A DNA stretch of 64,000 nt from Candidatus Melainabacteria bacterium 17Bon1m (GCA_032128875.1 JAVLKG010000014.1:33350-97349); one strand, 5' to 3'. Positions 1 through 10,162 are shown, numbered from the stretch's first letter. The notes: generated by a model from the sequence alone, not told the origin. Numbers and translations: made by a program.

Positions 1-1251
1 GCGATTTGCGATGAGAGAGATTTTGCTGTTGGCCGGGCTGGCTTTGATGGCGTTGTCCGTCAGGTTGATCAAAACTCGGCGAATGCCGATGCGGTCCGCC
101 AAAATCATCGGGAGGTCGTCGTCTACTTCAGACGCGAGTTCGACATTGGCAGCGCTGGCAAATGGCTTCAGCTCCTGCAAGCATTCCTCCACTACTTCCT
201 TGACGTTCATCGCCTCCATGAAGAAAAGCTGGACGCCCTCTTGTTCTTGATAGGTGAGAAGGAGATTTTGTACCATCCAGAGCATGTGTTTATTGCTGCG
301 TCTCAGCGTCATGAGAGCATCCGACAATTGCGGGGCGATTTCACCTAGTGAGCCGTTCAAAACGCTTTCTAAAAATCTCTCGGCGCCAGCCAGAGGGACT
401 TTCAAATCATGTGCAAGGGCGGTGATGAATTCGTCGCGCTGCTGGCTTACCTTGAGCCTGTCTGTGACGTCTTTGATGATAAGGACGAATCCAGTCACGA
501 CACTTTCTGTTGACTTTACTGGCCAAATAATCAAGTCACAGTACAGCCCGGATTCCTGATGGTTGGGAGTTGGACCGAGATGATAGCCATTGATTTCGAT
601 GGGGTTGTCTTCAGCAATCGCTTCGTGAAATTGGCCGGGTGTTAGAGCAGAAACCAGGACGCAGATGTGTTTGTTGGCGATTTTTTCGTGTTTTAGACCA
701 AATAAGTTGCAAAAAGCTGGATTGGCATCTTTCACTTTGAGCTCGCGGCTGATGCGCACAATGCCAACTGGCGCGCATTCCAAAATTTGCTGGACGGTTT
801 CACGCTCGCTCTCGAGTTGTTTTTGCTCGTATTTTTGGACGCGGCGTCGCTCGACGCAGCCGCTCAAAGCTTCGAAAAGCAAGTCGCCATCAAGGTTTTT
901 CCAGACGAGAAATTGTTGGGCACCCCAATTGAGACTATCGATGCCGACATGCTCGTTTTCTGGCGAGCAAAGAGTGATAATCGGAACTCCGGGCGCCTGG
1001 ACCTGCAGTTTGAGCACAGCGTCCAGCGTCTCAGTCGGCTGCCCTTGCGCCTCAATGAGAATTACGTCCGTCTTGCCTCGCGTCAAAGTCTGCAAGGCGT
1101 CAGGTACTGTATCTGCGCAGTCGATAAAGATTGGAACAGTGCGCCCTTTTTCCAGAACCTGTCTGATTTTCCCTGAATCCAGCGAGCCGCCAGGCAACAG
1201 CAGAACATTTATAACGTTCATGTCCGCCGTAGTTTCATAGAGGTTAGTCAT
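1..1251 (-). CDS. Hybrid sensor histidine kinase (REC-like, PAS, HisKA, HATPase), 3' end runs off the window
   Basis: Not in the ORF track. Manual minus-strand translation from ATG 1251 gives MTNLYETTADMNVINVLLL..., a PAS start (ILECAPVGIVRI...ANPAFC), an H-box (RDEFITALAHDLKVPL) and an N-box (RVLINLTDNAIKAS). Confidence 0.85.
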   Translation of the reverse strand, partial: MTNLYETTADMNVINVLLLPGGSLDSGKIRQVLEKGRTVPIFIDCADTVPDALQTLTRGKTDVILIEAQGQPTETLDAVLKLQVQAPGVPIITLCSPENEHVGIDSLNWGAQQFLVWKNLDGDLLFEALSGCVERRRVQKYEQKQLESERETVQQILECAPVGIVRISRELKVKDANPAFCNLFGLKHEKIANKHICVLVSALTPGQFHEAIAEDNPIEINGYHLGPTPNHQESGLYCDLIIWPVKSTESVVTGFVLIIKDVTDRLKVSQQRDEFITALAHDLKVPLAGAERFLESVLNGSLGEIAPQLSDALMTLRRSNKHMLWMVQNLLLTYQEQEGVQLFFMEAMNVKEVVEECLQELKPFASAANVELASEVDDDLPMILADRIGIRRVLINLTDNAIKASPANSKISLIANR

Positions 1252-1515
1252 GGGTACCGGACGCTCTTTATATAGTCTGCCTTGTTTTAGTTTCATACCA
1301 CGATAATCTAAAAATAGAACTTGTTTTTGCTTGACTGCAAAGCGATTTGGGATTTTTTACCGCGGGACGCTGGAGGTGCCCAGCCGACTTGCCTTCTGCG
1401 GTTTGTCGGGTTGCTGATAAAACGCAAGATGCCGATTATTAGTGCCTGATTCCCAATAGTGGGTATGTAATTGATAGCGATTTTGACTTAAAATGCAGCA
1501 CTGCTGCCCGCTGAG

Positions 1516-3096
1516 ATGTCTGAAGAACAAAATTACGACGACGACCGCGCAAAAGGCGTTGGCGAGCTTTTGAAGGAAGCCGCCACGGCGATTAAGCTGC
1601 GTCGATACAGTGAGGCTGAGGATTTTTGCGTGCAGGCTCTCGGCGTTCTGGACAAGGCGAGCGCGATCGAGCATCCCAGTAAGGCTATGGCGCTGGAGTT
1701 TATGGGCGACGCGTTAACTGGCATGGAAAAGTACGAGGATGCCGGGCGTTTTTACAAAAGGGCGATGGACCTTTCGGAGCGAATTTTCAGTCAGGAAAAT
1801 CAGGTTTACATTTCCATCTGTTACAAGCTGGCGCGCACGTATGAAAGTCTGAGCTTGCTTGATGAGTGCGAGCCTTATTACAAACTCGCTGATGAGCTGG
1901 CTAAGCGCCATCTTTCCGGTGATCACCCACTGCGGGAAACTATCGCAGAAGGTTATGCTCACTTGATCTCGCGGGCAAAGAAGCGCAAAGATAAAGTGGT
2001 CGAAATCATGGATTCTTTCCGGACCACAAAGGATAGAGGTCCGACCGTTCGCGGCCCCCTCGGCGATGTAGAAGGGCAGGAGGAAGAAGAGACCGTAGAG
2101 CATAGGGAGGCAAAGCAAGAGCCCGCAGCTGCACCAGTATTTAAAGGACTGAGAGAGAAGTCGACCATCTACGAAAGCTCTGCTGAAGCCATGCAACTTT
2201 GGGTTAGCATCGCTGTCTTAGGCGTAATCGGTTACATTGGTTTTCTCGGGTTTCAACAGCTTTCAAAACACGCCACGGTTGCTCAATCTCAAGCGCCTTC
2301 AGCATCAGCAGTCGAGACAGAAAGCCTGCCCACTGAGTTTGTCAAAATCTATACTTCGCTCGACGGCAAGCGCAAAGTGAAAGTCGCTAGCGGAAATAAA
2401 GGCGTTGTTGTTTTTGGAGGCAAGAACATCAATGCTCAAGTTTTTCAAGGTGGCGATGTTTGGAAAGCGGACAGCGCAACTGCCTTTAAAGAGCCTATGA
2501 AACTAGATTTTGTGGAAACCAACGGCGCCATCATGGATGATGCCGGAAACATTTTGTATGCCGAGGATGCGCCCGAGATAAGGACGAGAGATGCGATGAG
2601 AACAGTCGCAAAGTCGCTTCGTAACTCATATTTGATGCGCGGGCACTTTCCGCAAAACGCCGTTGAACTTGCGCAGGCTCAGACCACTTACAAAAATGCC
2701 GTGACAGGAAAAGTTGAACCTCCGATCATTCAGGTCTATCGTGGAGAGCAGGGGTGGAATGCCTCTAATCCAGAGGAGAAATCGACATTTGAAACTTCAT
2801 TTGAGTCGGGCAATCTCTGGACAAACGAACCGCCTTTCTTGCCCGGCTCTGTGCATGTTTTTTTGATGGCAAACCCACCCTCCAATGAGCCGAGTGCCCC
2901 GCCTAGCCTGCCGGCTGTTGCCATAATCAAAGGAGCAGACTCTAACTGTTCGCCTATTAGGCTTGATAAAGATAAAGCTTATCTCGTTGTTTTGACACCG
3001 AAGAGCGAGCGCGCAACGGAAGGTTCTGCGACTTACCCGAAGGCGCCGGACGGCTCGCAAGGCGCGATCGTGACGATCAAACCAAAGCAACCGTAG
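1516..3096 (+). CDS. TPR-repeat membrane protein with uncharacterised C-terminal domain
   Basis: N-terminal TPRs (YSEAEDFCVQAL, YEDAGRFYKRAM), one TM helix (LWVSIAVLGVIGYIGFLGF); paralogous to 23333..24997. Confidence 0.8.
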   Translation: MSEEQNYDDDRAKGVGELLKEAATAIKLRRYSEAEDFCVQALGVLDKASAIEHPSKAMALEFMGDALTGMEKYEDAGRFYKRAMDLSERIFSQENQVYISICYKLARTYESLSLLDECEPYYKLADELAKRHLSGDHPLRETIAEGYAHLISRAKKRKDKVVEIMDSFRTTKDRGPTVRGPLGDVEGQEEEETVEHREAKQEPAAAPVFKGLREKSTIYESSAEAMQLWVSIAVLGVIGYIGFLGFQQLSKHATVAQSQAPSASAVETESLPTEFVKIYTSLDGKRKVKVASGNKGVVVFGGKNINAQVFQGGDVWKADSATAFKEPMKLDFVETNGAIMDDAGNILYAEDAPEIRTRDAMRTVAKSLRNSYLMRGHFPQNAVELAQAQTTYKNAVTGKVEPPIIQVYRGEQGWNASNPEEKSTFETSFESGNLWTNEPPFLPGSVHVFLMANPPSNEPSAPPSLPAVAIIKGADSNCSPIRLDKDKAYLVVLTPKSERATEGSATYPKAPDGSQGAIVTIKPKQP

Positions 3097-3145
3097 GGTA
3101 GGCACATGTGCCTGCCTGCCAGGGCGCCGCGTGCGGCTCCCCTGC
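3093..3145. repeat. REP-like composite doublet, family A
   Basis: GTAGGGTAGGCACATGTGCCTGCC...GGGCGCCGCGTGCGGCTCCCCTGC; related copies at 7373-7426 and, inverted, 36785-36837. Its GTAG supplies the upstream stop codon. Confidence 0.75.
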
Positions 3146-3255
3146 GAGTGTCCCTTGCCGGTCGAGAGTTACGTTTGCTTGCATTTGACCGTTTTGGGTT
3201 GATTTTGAAAAGGGCTGTGTTAGTATTGCCTGGTCTGTCCGCGACCAATTTCCTT

Positions 3256-3372
3256 ATGGAAGTGACTATTTTGTCGACGCTTCGCGCAATTTCAATATTC
3301 AAATCTGGCTGGTGGCGCTGGTTTCAATTACCGGGTAAGTCGTTTGCGACTCGCTTGATGATGCGCGCATAA
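3256..3372 (+). CDS. trpL: trp operon leader peptide (start could be ATG 3256 or TTG 3271)
   Basis: MEVTILSTLRAISIFKSGWWRWFQLPGKSFATRLMMRA, with three TGG codons at 3310-3321, immediately upstream of a terminator and trpE. Confidence 0.8.
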   Translation: MEVTILSTLRAISIFKSGWWRWFQLPGKSFATRLMMRA

Positions 3373-3400
3373 TCAACAGCCATACAGGCAAAAGCATCTC

Positions 3401-3441
3401 AACCGCAGGCTTACCCGAAAGGTACCTGCGGTTTTGTTTTT
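3401..3441 (+). terminator. Attenuator terminator of the trp leader
   Basis: AACCGCAGG-(ct-TACC-cgaaa-GGTA)-CCTGCGGTT followed by TTGTTTTT; the 5' arm (GCTTACCCG 3409-3417) can alternatively pair with CGGGTAAGT (3332-3340). Confidence 0.8.
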
Positions 3442-3467
3442 GCCTAATTGGAATAAGGAATATAGCG

Positions 3468-4967
3468 ATGCAAAAAACAACGATGGAAACAGAAGTGAAA
3501 AACAGCGTGAACATTGAATCCCTGACAAAACGAGTGACTGGAGAAACCGGCTGCGCTATTTCGTACTCGGCTGATTTCACAACGCCGGTGGCACTGTTTG
3601 ACCGTCTGTCGAGAAGCGCACGCGATGCGTTTCTCTTCGAAAGTACTGAGGGAGACGGTCGCTTGGCGCGGTATTCATTTCTCGGTGTTGATCCGTTGCT
3701 CGTGGTCGAATTTGACGATTCGCAAGTGCATGTTGAGAATTGCGCCGACGGCTCGCGCCAGAGCGTTGGAGTTGATAATCCAATTGATTTCTTGCGCACT
3801 TTGCTCAAGAACAATCCGGTGCCCACTCATCCGCTTATAGCTGATGCGCCCTTTGCCGGCGGGCTCGTTGGCTACCTCGGCTATGGCGCGACCGCTTTTA
3901 CAGAGCGTATCCCGCAGCAAAGCAAAACCGTTACTCATGTGCCGGTCGGCAGGTATGGGCTGTACGATTCGTTTGTTTTGTTTGACCATCAATATCGCCA
4001 GGTCACTTTCTTTTCCGCGCGAGGCGAGCAGCATATTAACGAACTTGTCCATCGCTCAATGTTGCATTCGCAGCTTCCGCCATTTCGTCTTGATATGGCG
4101 AAATCCAGTAAAGAAGAGCTTTTCAAGAACGTCACAGGACCTTTCACTCGTGAGAGTTTTATCGATGCAGTCTTAAAAGCAAAGGAAAAAGTTCTCGAAG
4201 GCGAAGTCTTTCAGATTGTGGTGGCGCAGCGTTTTTCCGTACCAATCTCCGCACCGCCTATTGATGTTTATCGCGCACTGCAAGCGACTAACCCCAGCCC
4301 TTACGCGTATTTCTTGAAGTGTCCAGGGTTCTCCTATATTGGCTCCTCACCTGAAACATTCGTTAGAAGCAACGAAGGAAAAGTCTTGCTTCGCGCCATC
4401 GCCGGTACTCGTCCTCGTGGTAGAGATCGCGCAGAAGATGAAGCGCTGGAGCGCGAATTAAAGGCGAGCGAGAAAGAAATGGCCGAGCATCGAATGCTTG
4501 TCGATCTTGGTCGCAATGATCTAGGCAGGGTTTGTGCACCGGGCACTGTAAATATTGGCGAACTGGCTTGCTTGACGCGCTATACGCACGTGATGCATTT
4601 GGCAACGGAAGTGACAGGAACTCTCTCTCAAGCGAAAGATGTATTCGACGCATTTGAAAGTTGCTTTCCTGCAGGAACTGTTTCTGGTGCGCCCAAAGTT
4701 AGAGCCATGGAAATTCTCGCGCAATTAGAGCCAGAGCAGCGTGGCATCTATTCCGGCGCAGTCGGTTATTTTGATGCGCGCGGAAACATGGATGGTGCCA
4801 TAGCCATCCGTTCTGTTTTGATTAAGGACGGCAACGCGCACATCAATGCCGGCGCCGGCATAGTTTATGACTCAGATCCAGACATGGAATACGAAGAAAC
4901 GCGCAGCAAGGCGATGAGCGTCCTCCAGGCAGTGCGTATCGCACACCAGCTAATGGGGGTGAAATAA
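3468..4967 (+). CDS. trpE: Anthranilate synthase component I
   Basis: FLFES, NPSPYAY, SSPE, IAGTRPRG, EHRMLVDLGRND, FPAGTVSGAPKVRAM and AGAGIV motifs. Confidence 0.97.
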   Translation: MQKTTMETEVKNSVNIESLTKRVTGETGCAISYSADFTTPVALFDRLSRSARDAFLFESTEGDGRLARYSFLGVDPLLVVEFDDSQVHVENCADGSRQSVGVDNPIDFLRTLLKNNPVPTHPLIADAPFAGGLVGYLGYGATAFTERIPQQSKTVTHVPVGRYGLYDSFVLFDHQYRQVTFFSARGEQHINELVHRSMLHSQLPPFRLDMAKSSKEELFKNVTGPFTRESFIDAVLKAKEKVLEGEVFQIVVAQRFSVPISAPPIDVYRALQATNPSPYAYFLKCPGFSYIGSSPETFVRSNEGKVLLRAIAGTRPRGRDRAEDEALERELKASEKEMAEHRMLVDLGRNDLGRVCAPGTVNIGELACLTRYTHVMHLATEVTGTLSQAKDVFDAFESCFPAGTVSGAPKVRAMEILAQLEPEQRGIYSGAVGYFDARGNMDGAIAIRSVLIKDGNAHINAGAGIVYDSDPDMEYEETRSKAMSVLQAVRIAHQLMGVK

Positions 4968-4969
4968 TC

Positions 4970-5581
4970 ATGCGCACGATTATCATCGACAACTATGATT
5001 CATTTACGTTCAATCTCTACCAGCTATTGGTGCCGATTGTTCGCAAGTTGGAGCGAAATGAGAGCGCCGATGTCGAGGTTTTTCGCAACGACGCCATCAC
5101 TCTTGATGAAATATTGCAGAAGAAGCCGACTCACATTGTGCTGTCGCCCGGACCAGGTCATCCAGCGGTCACACGCGATTTTGGCGTTTGCAAGGAAGTG
5201 ATTTTGTCGCAGAAAAAGCTCGGCGCTGCGCTGATGGGCGTTTGTCTTGGACATCAGGGCATAGCCGCTCATTTGGGCGGCGAGGTAGTGCGTGCACCGG
5301 AAATCGTGCATGGAAAAACAAGCGAGATATTTGTCGAAGGTGAGCCCTCTCGCATTTTTGCCGGGCTGGGAAACAGCTTTGAAGCAATGCGTTATCACTC
5401 GCTGGTGGCGAAGGATGAAACTTTTCCCTCTGATTTGAAAGTGACTGCGCGCGAGAAGAAACATGGCTTGATAATGGCGCTTGAGCACAAGAGCGAACCT
5501 ATTTTCGGCGTGCAGTTTCACCCCGAGTCGATTGGCACAGCGAAAGGCTCTTTGATGATGGAGAATTTCTTGTCCATATGA
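4970..5581 (+). CDS. trpG: Anthranilate synthase component II (glutamine amidotransferase)
   Basis: IDNYDSFTFNL, SPGPG, GVCLGHQ, RYHSL, GVQFHPES. Confidence 0.97.
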   Translation: MRTIIIDNYDSFTFNLYQLLVPIVRKLERNESADVEVFRNDAITLDEILQKKPTHIVLSPGPGHPAVTRDFGVCKEVILSQKKLGAALMGVCLGHQGIAAHLGGEVVRAPEIVHGKTSEIFVEGEPSRIFAGLGNSFEAMRYHSLVAKDETFPSDLKVTAREKKHGLIMALEHKSEPIFGVQFHPESIGTAKGSLMMENFLSI

Positions 5582-6612
5582 ACGTGCCTGAAAGTTATCC
5601 TGGCAACGGATTGCCTTTTGGCCGAGCGAGAGTTGCTGATATTGTCAATGCTCGCTTAGGCGAAGACGAGTTGGTTGATGCTTTGAAGCAAATCGCTTCT
5701 CAGCCCTTATCGGCTGAGTTGATCGGTTTGTTTATTGAAGAAACTCGCAAGACTGTTGTTGGAAAGGAAGATTTGCCGCCAGGGGCTGGTTTGATAGACG
5801 TAAGTGGAACCGGTGGCAGCGGGCTTGCGCACTTCAATACATCTACCTTTTGTGCGTTTGTCCTTGCAGCGGGCGGCGTCAGTGTAGGTAAGTTTGGCAA
5901 TCGCGCATCGAGAAGTGGCGCCGGCAGTGCAGATTTGCTGGAGGCGTTGGGTATTCCATTGAATTTGCCGGCTGCGCGGGTTGGTGAAGTGATTGAACGC
6001 GCTGGAGTCGCGTTTCTCTTCGCGCCTCATTATTACCCTGGTTTGAAAAAACTCGCCCAGGCGCGAAAGGCTGTTGGTCAGCCGACAATTTTCAATCACA
6101 TCGGTCCGTTGCTAAATCCAATCGAGCCGGAATATCGAGTCTTTGGAATGACTTCGCAAGCTGCAGCTTCGCTTGCCGCACAATATCTGCAGGAGTCGGG
6201 TGCACGTGTATTGATTGTGACTTCCCAAACGGGGCTGGATGAGCTGATGCCAGGAGCATACAATCATGTCTTCCATGTGGATAAAGGTGTCACTCAAGAC
6301 CTGTCATTTACTGCTCCCGGTGCATCGTTGTTGGATTTGTTAGAGCAAAAGAGCGCAAACAGTGGAAAGCCGCAATTTGATTTGCAGCATAATCTGAAAT
6401 TGTTTAATCGGCTGATGGAAAGCAAAAGTGACTCTGAGACTCAACCTTGGCTCGATTTGGTTTGCTTGAATGCCGGTGCTGGATTTTTCGTGGCTGGTAT
6501 TGCAGATGATGTAAACGCAGGGGCGGAGCATGCCAGAGATTTGATTTTTAGTGGACGTGTCAAAGAGAAGTTCGACCAAGTGAGGCAAGTTTATGAAAAG
6601 TGTGCTGCGTGA
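5578..6612 (+). CDS. trpD: Anthranilate phosphoribosyltransferase (divergent)
   Basis: GTGGSG..FNTST, KFGNR..SGAGSADLLEALG, TIFNHIGPLLNP, GLDE; position within the operon. Confidence 0.92.
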   Translation: MNVPESYPGNGLPFGRARVADIVNARLGEDELVDALKQIASQPLSAELIGLFIEETRKTVVGKEDLPPGAGLIDVSGTGGSGLAHFNTSTFCAFVLAAGGVSVGKFGNRASRSGAGSADLLEALGIPLNLPAARVGEVIERAGVAFLFAPHYYPGLKKLAQARKAVGQPTIFNHIGPLLNPIEPEYRVFGMTSQAAASLAAQYLQESGARVLIVTSQTGLDELMPGAYNHVFHVDKGVTQDLSFTAPGASLLDLLEQKSANSGKPQFDLQHNLKLFNRLMESKSDSETQPWLDLVCLNAGAGFFVAGIADDVNAGAEHARDLIFSGRVKEKFDQVRQVYEKCAA

Positions 6613-7450
6613 AATCGTCGAGCACAAACGTAATGAAGTGGCTGTCCGCGAAGTCACTCGTCCTCTTGCTTCTTTTGAGAATCAAGTGACGCGCGCAGAC
6701 AATTGTTTTATTTCTTCGTTTGCACGACGTGATTGCGCCAACATAATTGCTGAAGTAAAACCCCGCTCTCCTTCGATGGGCAGCGCGTCTAGTAGTTTTG
6801 ATCTTGCATCCGTGCTCACTACATACAATAAGTATGCTCGCGCCATCTCTGTGCTTACCGATGAAAAATATTTTGGTGGCAGTATCGCTCTTTTATCTGA
6901 AGTGAAAAAACACTCGTCATTGCCAGTTTTGTGCAAAGACTTCATAATATCTCGATATCAAGTTTTGGAGGCGCGCGCCGCGCAAGCGGATGCGATTTTG
7001 CTGATCGTAAAGTCTCTGGCTGATGAGGAATTGGTTGAGCTTTATTCCCTGTGTGTAGATCTTGGTATGACAGCCGTGGTCGAAGTGCAAAATGAAGCAG
7101 AAGTTGAACGCGCTCTTAAAGTCAAACCGCAACTGATTTTAGTAAATAACCGTAATCTCGATAGTCTGGAAATTGATTTGGCGACTTCTGAAAATTTGAT
7201 GCCGCTGATACCGGATTCGGTAGTGAAAGTGGTGGCAAGCGGAATTGAGAGCGCCAATGATATTAAGCGTCTGGCGAATGTTTCGAACAATTTCTTGATT
7301 GGTTCGAGTTTGATGAAGTCGGAAAATATAGATGAGAAGCTGCATGAGTTGGCGACGGCGCTATCACCTTCAGTAGGGGAGGCGCATGCGCCTGCCGGAT
7401 CAGGGAACCGCATGCGGCTCCCGTACGGGGACTCGGGAGAGAATGGATGA
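6593..7450 (+). CDS. trpC: Indole-3-glycerol phosphate synthase with REP-derived C-terminal extension
   Basis: IIAEVKPRSPS, ISVLTDEKYFGGS, PVLCKDFII, VNNRNL, ASGI, LIGSSLM. Confidence 0.96.
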   Translation: MKSVLREIVEHKRNEVAVREVTRPLASFENQVTRADNCFISSFARRDCANIIAEVKPRSPSMGSASSSFDLASVLTTYNKYARAISVLTDEKYFGGSIALLSEVKKHSSLPVLCKDFIISRYQVLEARAAQADAILLIVKSLADEELVELYSLCVDLGMTAVVEVQNEAEVERALKVKPQLILVNNRNLDSLEIDLATSENLMPLIPDSVVKVVASGIESANDIKRLANVSNNFLIGSSLMKSENIDEKLHELATALSPSVGEAHAPAGSGNRMRLPYGDSGENG

Positions 7451-8100
7451 ATACAAAGATCAAGATCTGCGGAATTACAAGCCTTGAAGATGCTCTCGCG
7501 GCACTGGACGCTGGCGCGGATTACTTAGGTCTGATTTTTGCTCAAAGTTCGCCACGTCGCGTAGAAGAAGCCGTCGCAAAAGAAATCGTTGCCGGAGTCG
7601 GTGGACGCGCGCAGATAGTAGGTGTTTTCAAAGATCAAGAAATCGAATATGTATCCGAGCTTGCGATGAGCCTGAAGCTCGACTATGTGCAATGCCATGG
7701 CAAGGAAACCGTAGAGTATGCACGACGCCTGCCAACTCGAGTGATAAAGGTCTTCGAATTGGAAGCTTTGGATGAGGTCGTGGCTGCAGAAATATTGGCG
7801 TGGAAAGACGACGCTGCATTCCTACTTTTCGATCGTCCCAAACTTTTGAAAGATCCGGAGTGGTACAAACGCGCCATCGATGAATTGTGTGCTGCCGGAC
7901 CGCTAGCGATGCCCTATTTCTTCGCGGGAGGTTTGACATCGAAGAATGTTGGCGAGGTTGTCGAGGCGCTTCAGCCTTTTGCCGTCGATGTGGCATCGTC
8001 GATTGAATCGGCTCCTGGTCAAAAGGACGTAGGTAAAATGAATGATTTTTGCAAGGCTGTAAAACGTGACAGTGGAGGAGTATCGGCATGCGCACTCTAG
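7447..8100 (+). CDS. trpF: Phosphoribosylanthranilate isomerase
   Basis: [30 protein letters not shown]. Confidence 0.96.
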   Translation: MNTKIKICGITSLEDALAALDAGADYLGLIFAQSSPRRVEEAVAKEIVAGVGGRAQIVGVFKDQEIEYVSELAMSLKLDYVQCHGKETVEYARRLPTRVIKVFELEALDEVVAAEILAWKDDAAFLLFDRPKLLKDPEWYKRAIDELCAAGPLAMPYFFAGGLTSKNVGEVVEALQPFAVDVASSIESAPGQKDVGKMNDFCKAVKRDSGGVSACAL

Positions 8101-9257
8101 GAAAGTTCGGCAAATATGGCGGCGTGTATGTGCCGGAAACCCTCATGCCTGCACTTGAAGAGTTAGAGGAAGCTTTCGCTACGATTGTGCCTGGCGATGA
8201 GTTCAAGTCTAAATTGTCATCGCTTCTTACTGATTTCGCCGGGCGTCCGACGCCTCTTTATCATGCGCAAAACCTCTCGCAAAAGTGGGGCGCGCAGGTG
8301 TTTTTGAAGCGCGAAGACCTTTTGCACGGTGGCGCGCATAAGACCAATAACGCATTGGGACAAGCGCTCCTCTGCAAAATGATGGGCAAGGAGCGGGTCA
8401 TTGCAGAGACGGGCGCTGGGCAGCATGGTGTTGCGTGCGCTATGGCCGGAGCGCTTCTCGGACTGAAGACCGAGGTCTACATGGGCGAAGTTGACATGGA
8501 AAGACAGAAGCCGAATGTCTTTCGTATGCAGTTGCTCGGCACCACGGTGCATCCGGTAAAAACCGGCAGCAAGACCTTGAAAGACGCCATTAATGAAGCG
8601 CTGAGAGATTGGATTGCCAACCTTGAAAACACGCATTATCTCCTGGGCACCGTCGCCGGACCCCATCCGTTTCCCAGCATGGTGAAGCACTTTCAGAAAA
8701 TTATTGGCGAAGAGGCAAGCGCTCAAATTCAAGAAAAAACTGGACGCGCACCAGACTATGTCGTTGCGTGTGTGGGCGGCGGCTCCAATGCAATGGGCAT
8801 CTTCGCAGAGTTTGTCGAGCAAGCATCAGTCAAGCTTGTTGGTGTAGAACCAGCGGGAGCCGGTTTGGAAACCGGCAAGCATGGCGCTGTTCTTGCGCTT
8901 GGCTCGTATGGTTGTGTGCACGGTATGAAGAGCCTCGTTCTTCAAACTGAAGAAGGGCAGATTCAAGAAGCGCATAGCATCTCGGCTGGGCTCGACTATC
9001 CATCTGTTGGGCCGGAACATGCTTTTCTGAAAGATACAGGCAGGGCGCGATACGAGAGCGCAACCGATCAAGAGGCGCTTGCCTCATTCCACGAACTATG
9101 CCGCGAGGAGGGCATAATTCCGGCACTGGAAAGTTCGCACGCGCTGGTCATCGCTAAAAAGTTGGCTCAGGGTGAGGCTGCCGGAAAAACTATCATTGTC
9201 AATCTGTCCGGTCGCGGTGACAAAGATCTGCACGAGGTGATGAAGCATGATAAGTAG
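8088..9257 (+). CDS. trpB: Tryptophan synthase beta chain
   Basis: [48 protein letters not shown]. Confidence 0.98.
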   Translation: MRTLGKFGKYGGVYVPETLMPALEELEEAFATIVPGDEFKSKLSSLLTDFAGRPTPLYHAQNLSQKWGAQVFLKREDLLHGGAHKTNNALGQALLCKMMGKERVIAETGAGQHGVACAMAGALLGLKTEVYMGEVDMERQKPNVFRMQLLGTTVHPVKTGSKTLKDAINEALRDWIANLENTHYLLGTVAGPHPFPSMVKHFQKIIGEEASAQIQEKTGRAPDYVVACVGGGSNAMGIFAEFVEQASVKLVGVEPAGAGLETGKHGAVLALGSYGCVHGMKSLVLQTEEGQIQEAHSISAGLDYPSVGPEHAFLKDTGRARYESATDQEALASFHELCREEGIIPALESSHALVIAKKLAQGEAAGKTIIVNLSGRGDKDLHEVMKHDK

Positions 9258-10074
9258 AGACAGGTATCGTGCGAGGTTTTGTGCGCTGAAAGAGTCTAAG
9301 AGAGGCGCATTTATGCCTTTCACAGTGCTCGGATGGCCGGATGAAGAGACTTCGTTCAACATCATAAAGACGATGATCGACAGTGGCGCCTCTGCGCTCG
9401 AATTGGGCATTGCATTCAGCGATCCGGTGGCGGACGGTCCAATCATTCAAGCCGCCGCCCACAAGGTCATAGAAAGTGGTTATACGGTCAATCAAGCGCT
9501 GGATTTAGTCGCCCGCGTGAGAAAATACAACGATGATATTCCGATCGGTCTCCTGGTCTACTACAACCACATCATGGCGATGGGTGTTGAGAAGTTTTTC
9601 GCACGAGCCGAAGAATGTGGTGTAGACGGAGTGCTCGTCGCCGACTTGCCCGCTGAGTCGTCCGATGAAGTTGTTTCCATTGCCACCGGTAATAACATCA
9701 GCAGCATCTTCATTGTCTCTCCCCTCACACGCGAAGAGCGTCTCGACAAAATCGTCAAGCACGCTCGCGGTTTCATCTATCTCGTTTCTCGCCTCGGAGT
9801 GACCGGTACGGACGAACGTGACGCAAGCCGCGACACCCGTCTTACCTCTTTGATTTCGTCAATCAAGCAAGCGACGGAGCTTCCGGTATTGGCTGGTTTT
9901 GGCATCTCAACGCCAGCCCACGCAGAGCGCATGATGGCATCCGGTGCTGACGGGGTAATAACTGGTTCGAAAATCGTTGATCTCGTCGCCAAGGCGGATC
10001 CCGCGAAAGTTGAATCCGAATTGACTACCTACTTGAAGAGCATGGTGTCAGCGCTCAACTCCGTGAAGGTGTGA
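9247..10074 (+). CDS. trpA: Tryptophan synthase alpha chain
   Basis: [43 protein letters not shown]. Confidence 0.98.
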   Translation: MISRDRYRARFCALKESKRGAFMPFTVLGWPDEETSFNIIKTMIDSGASALELGIAFSDPVADGPIIQAAAHKVIESGYTVNQALDLVARVRKYNDDIPIGLLVYYNHIMAMGVEKFFARAEECGVDGVLVADLPAESSDEVVSIATGNNISSIFIVSPLTREERLDKIVKHARGFIYLVSRLGVTGTDERDASRDTRLTSLISSIKQATELPVLAGFGISTPAHAERMMASGADGVITGSKIVDLVAKADPAKVESELTTYLKSMVSALNSVKV

Positions 10075-10082
10075 GATTTACT

Positions 10083-10143
10083 GTGGGGGCGATGCTATGC
10101 GTCGACCGGTGCAATTGTGGTCGACGCATGGCGTCGATCCTAC
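10083..10143. repeat. Inverted REP doublet (REPIN-like), family B
   Basis: GTGGGGGCGATGCTATGCGTCGACC ... GGTCGACGCATGGCGTCGATCCTAC between trpA and the FMO gene. Confidence 0.7.
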
Positions 10144-10162
10144 GGTAGAAAATCGGCAGGTA

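Noticed and set aside
3106-3255. 5' part of the 88-aa track ORF 3106..3372
   Set aside because: It begins inside a REP element. Only the portion from 3256 or 3271 fits a leader peptide.
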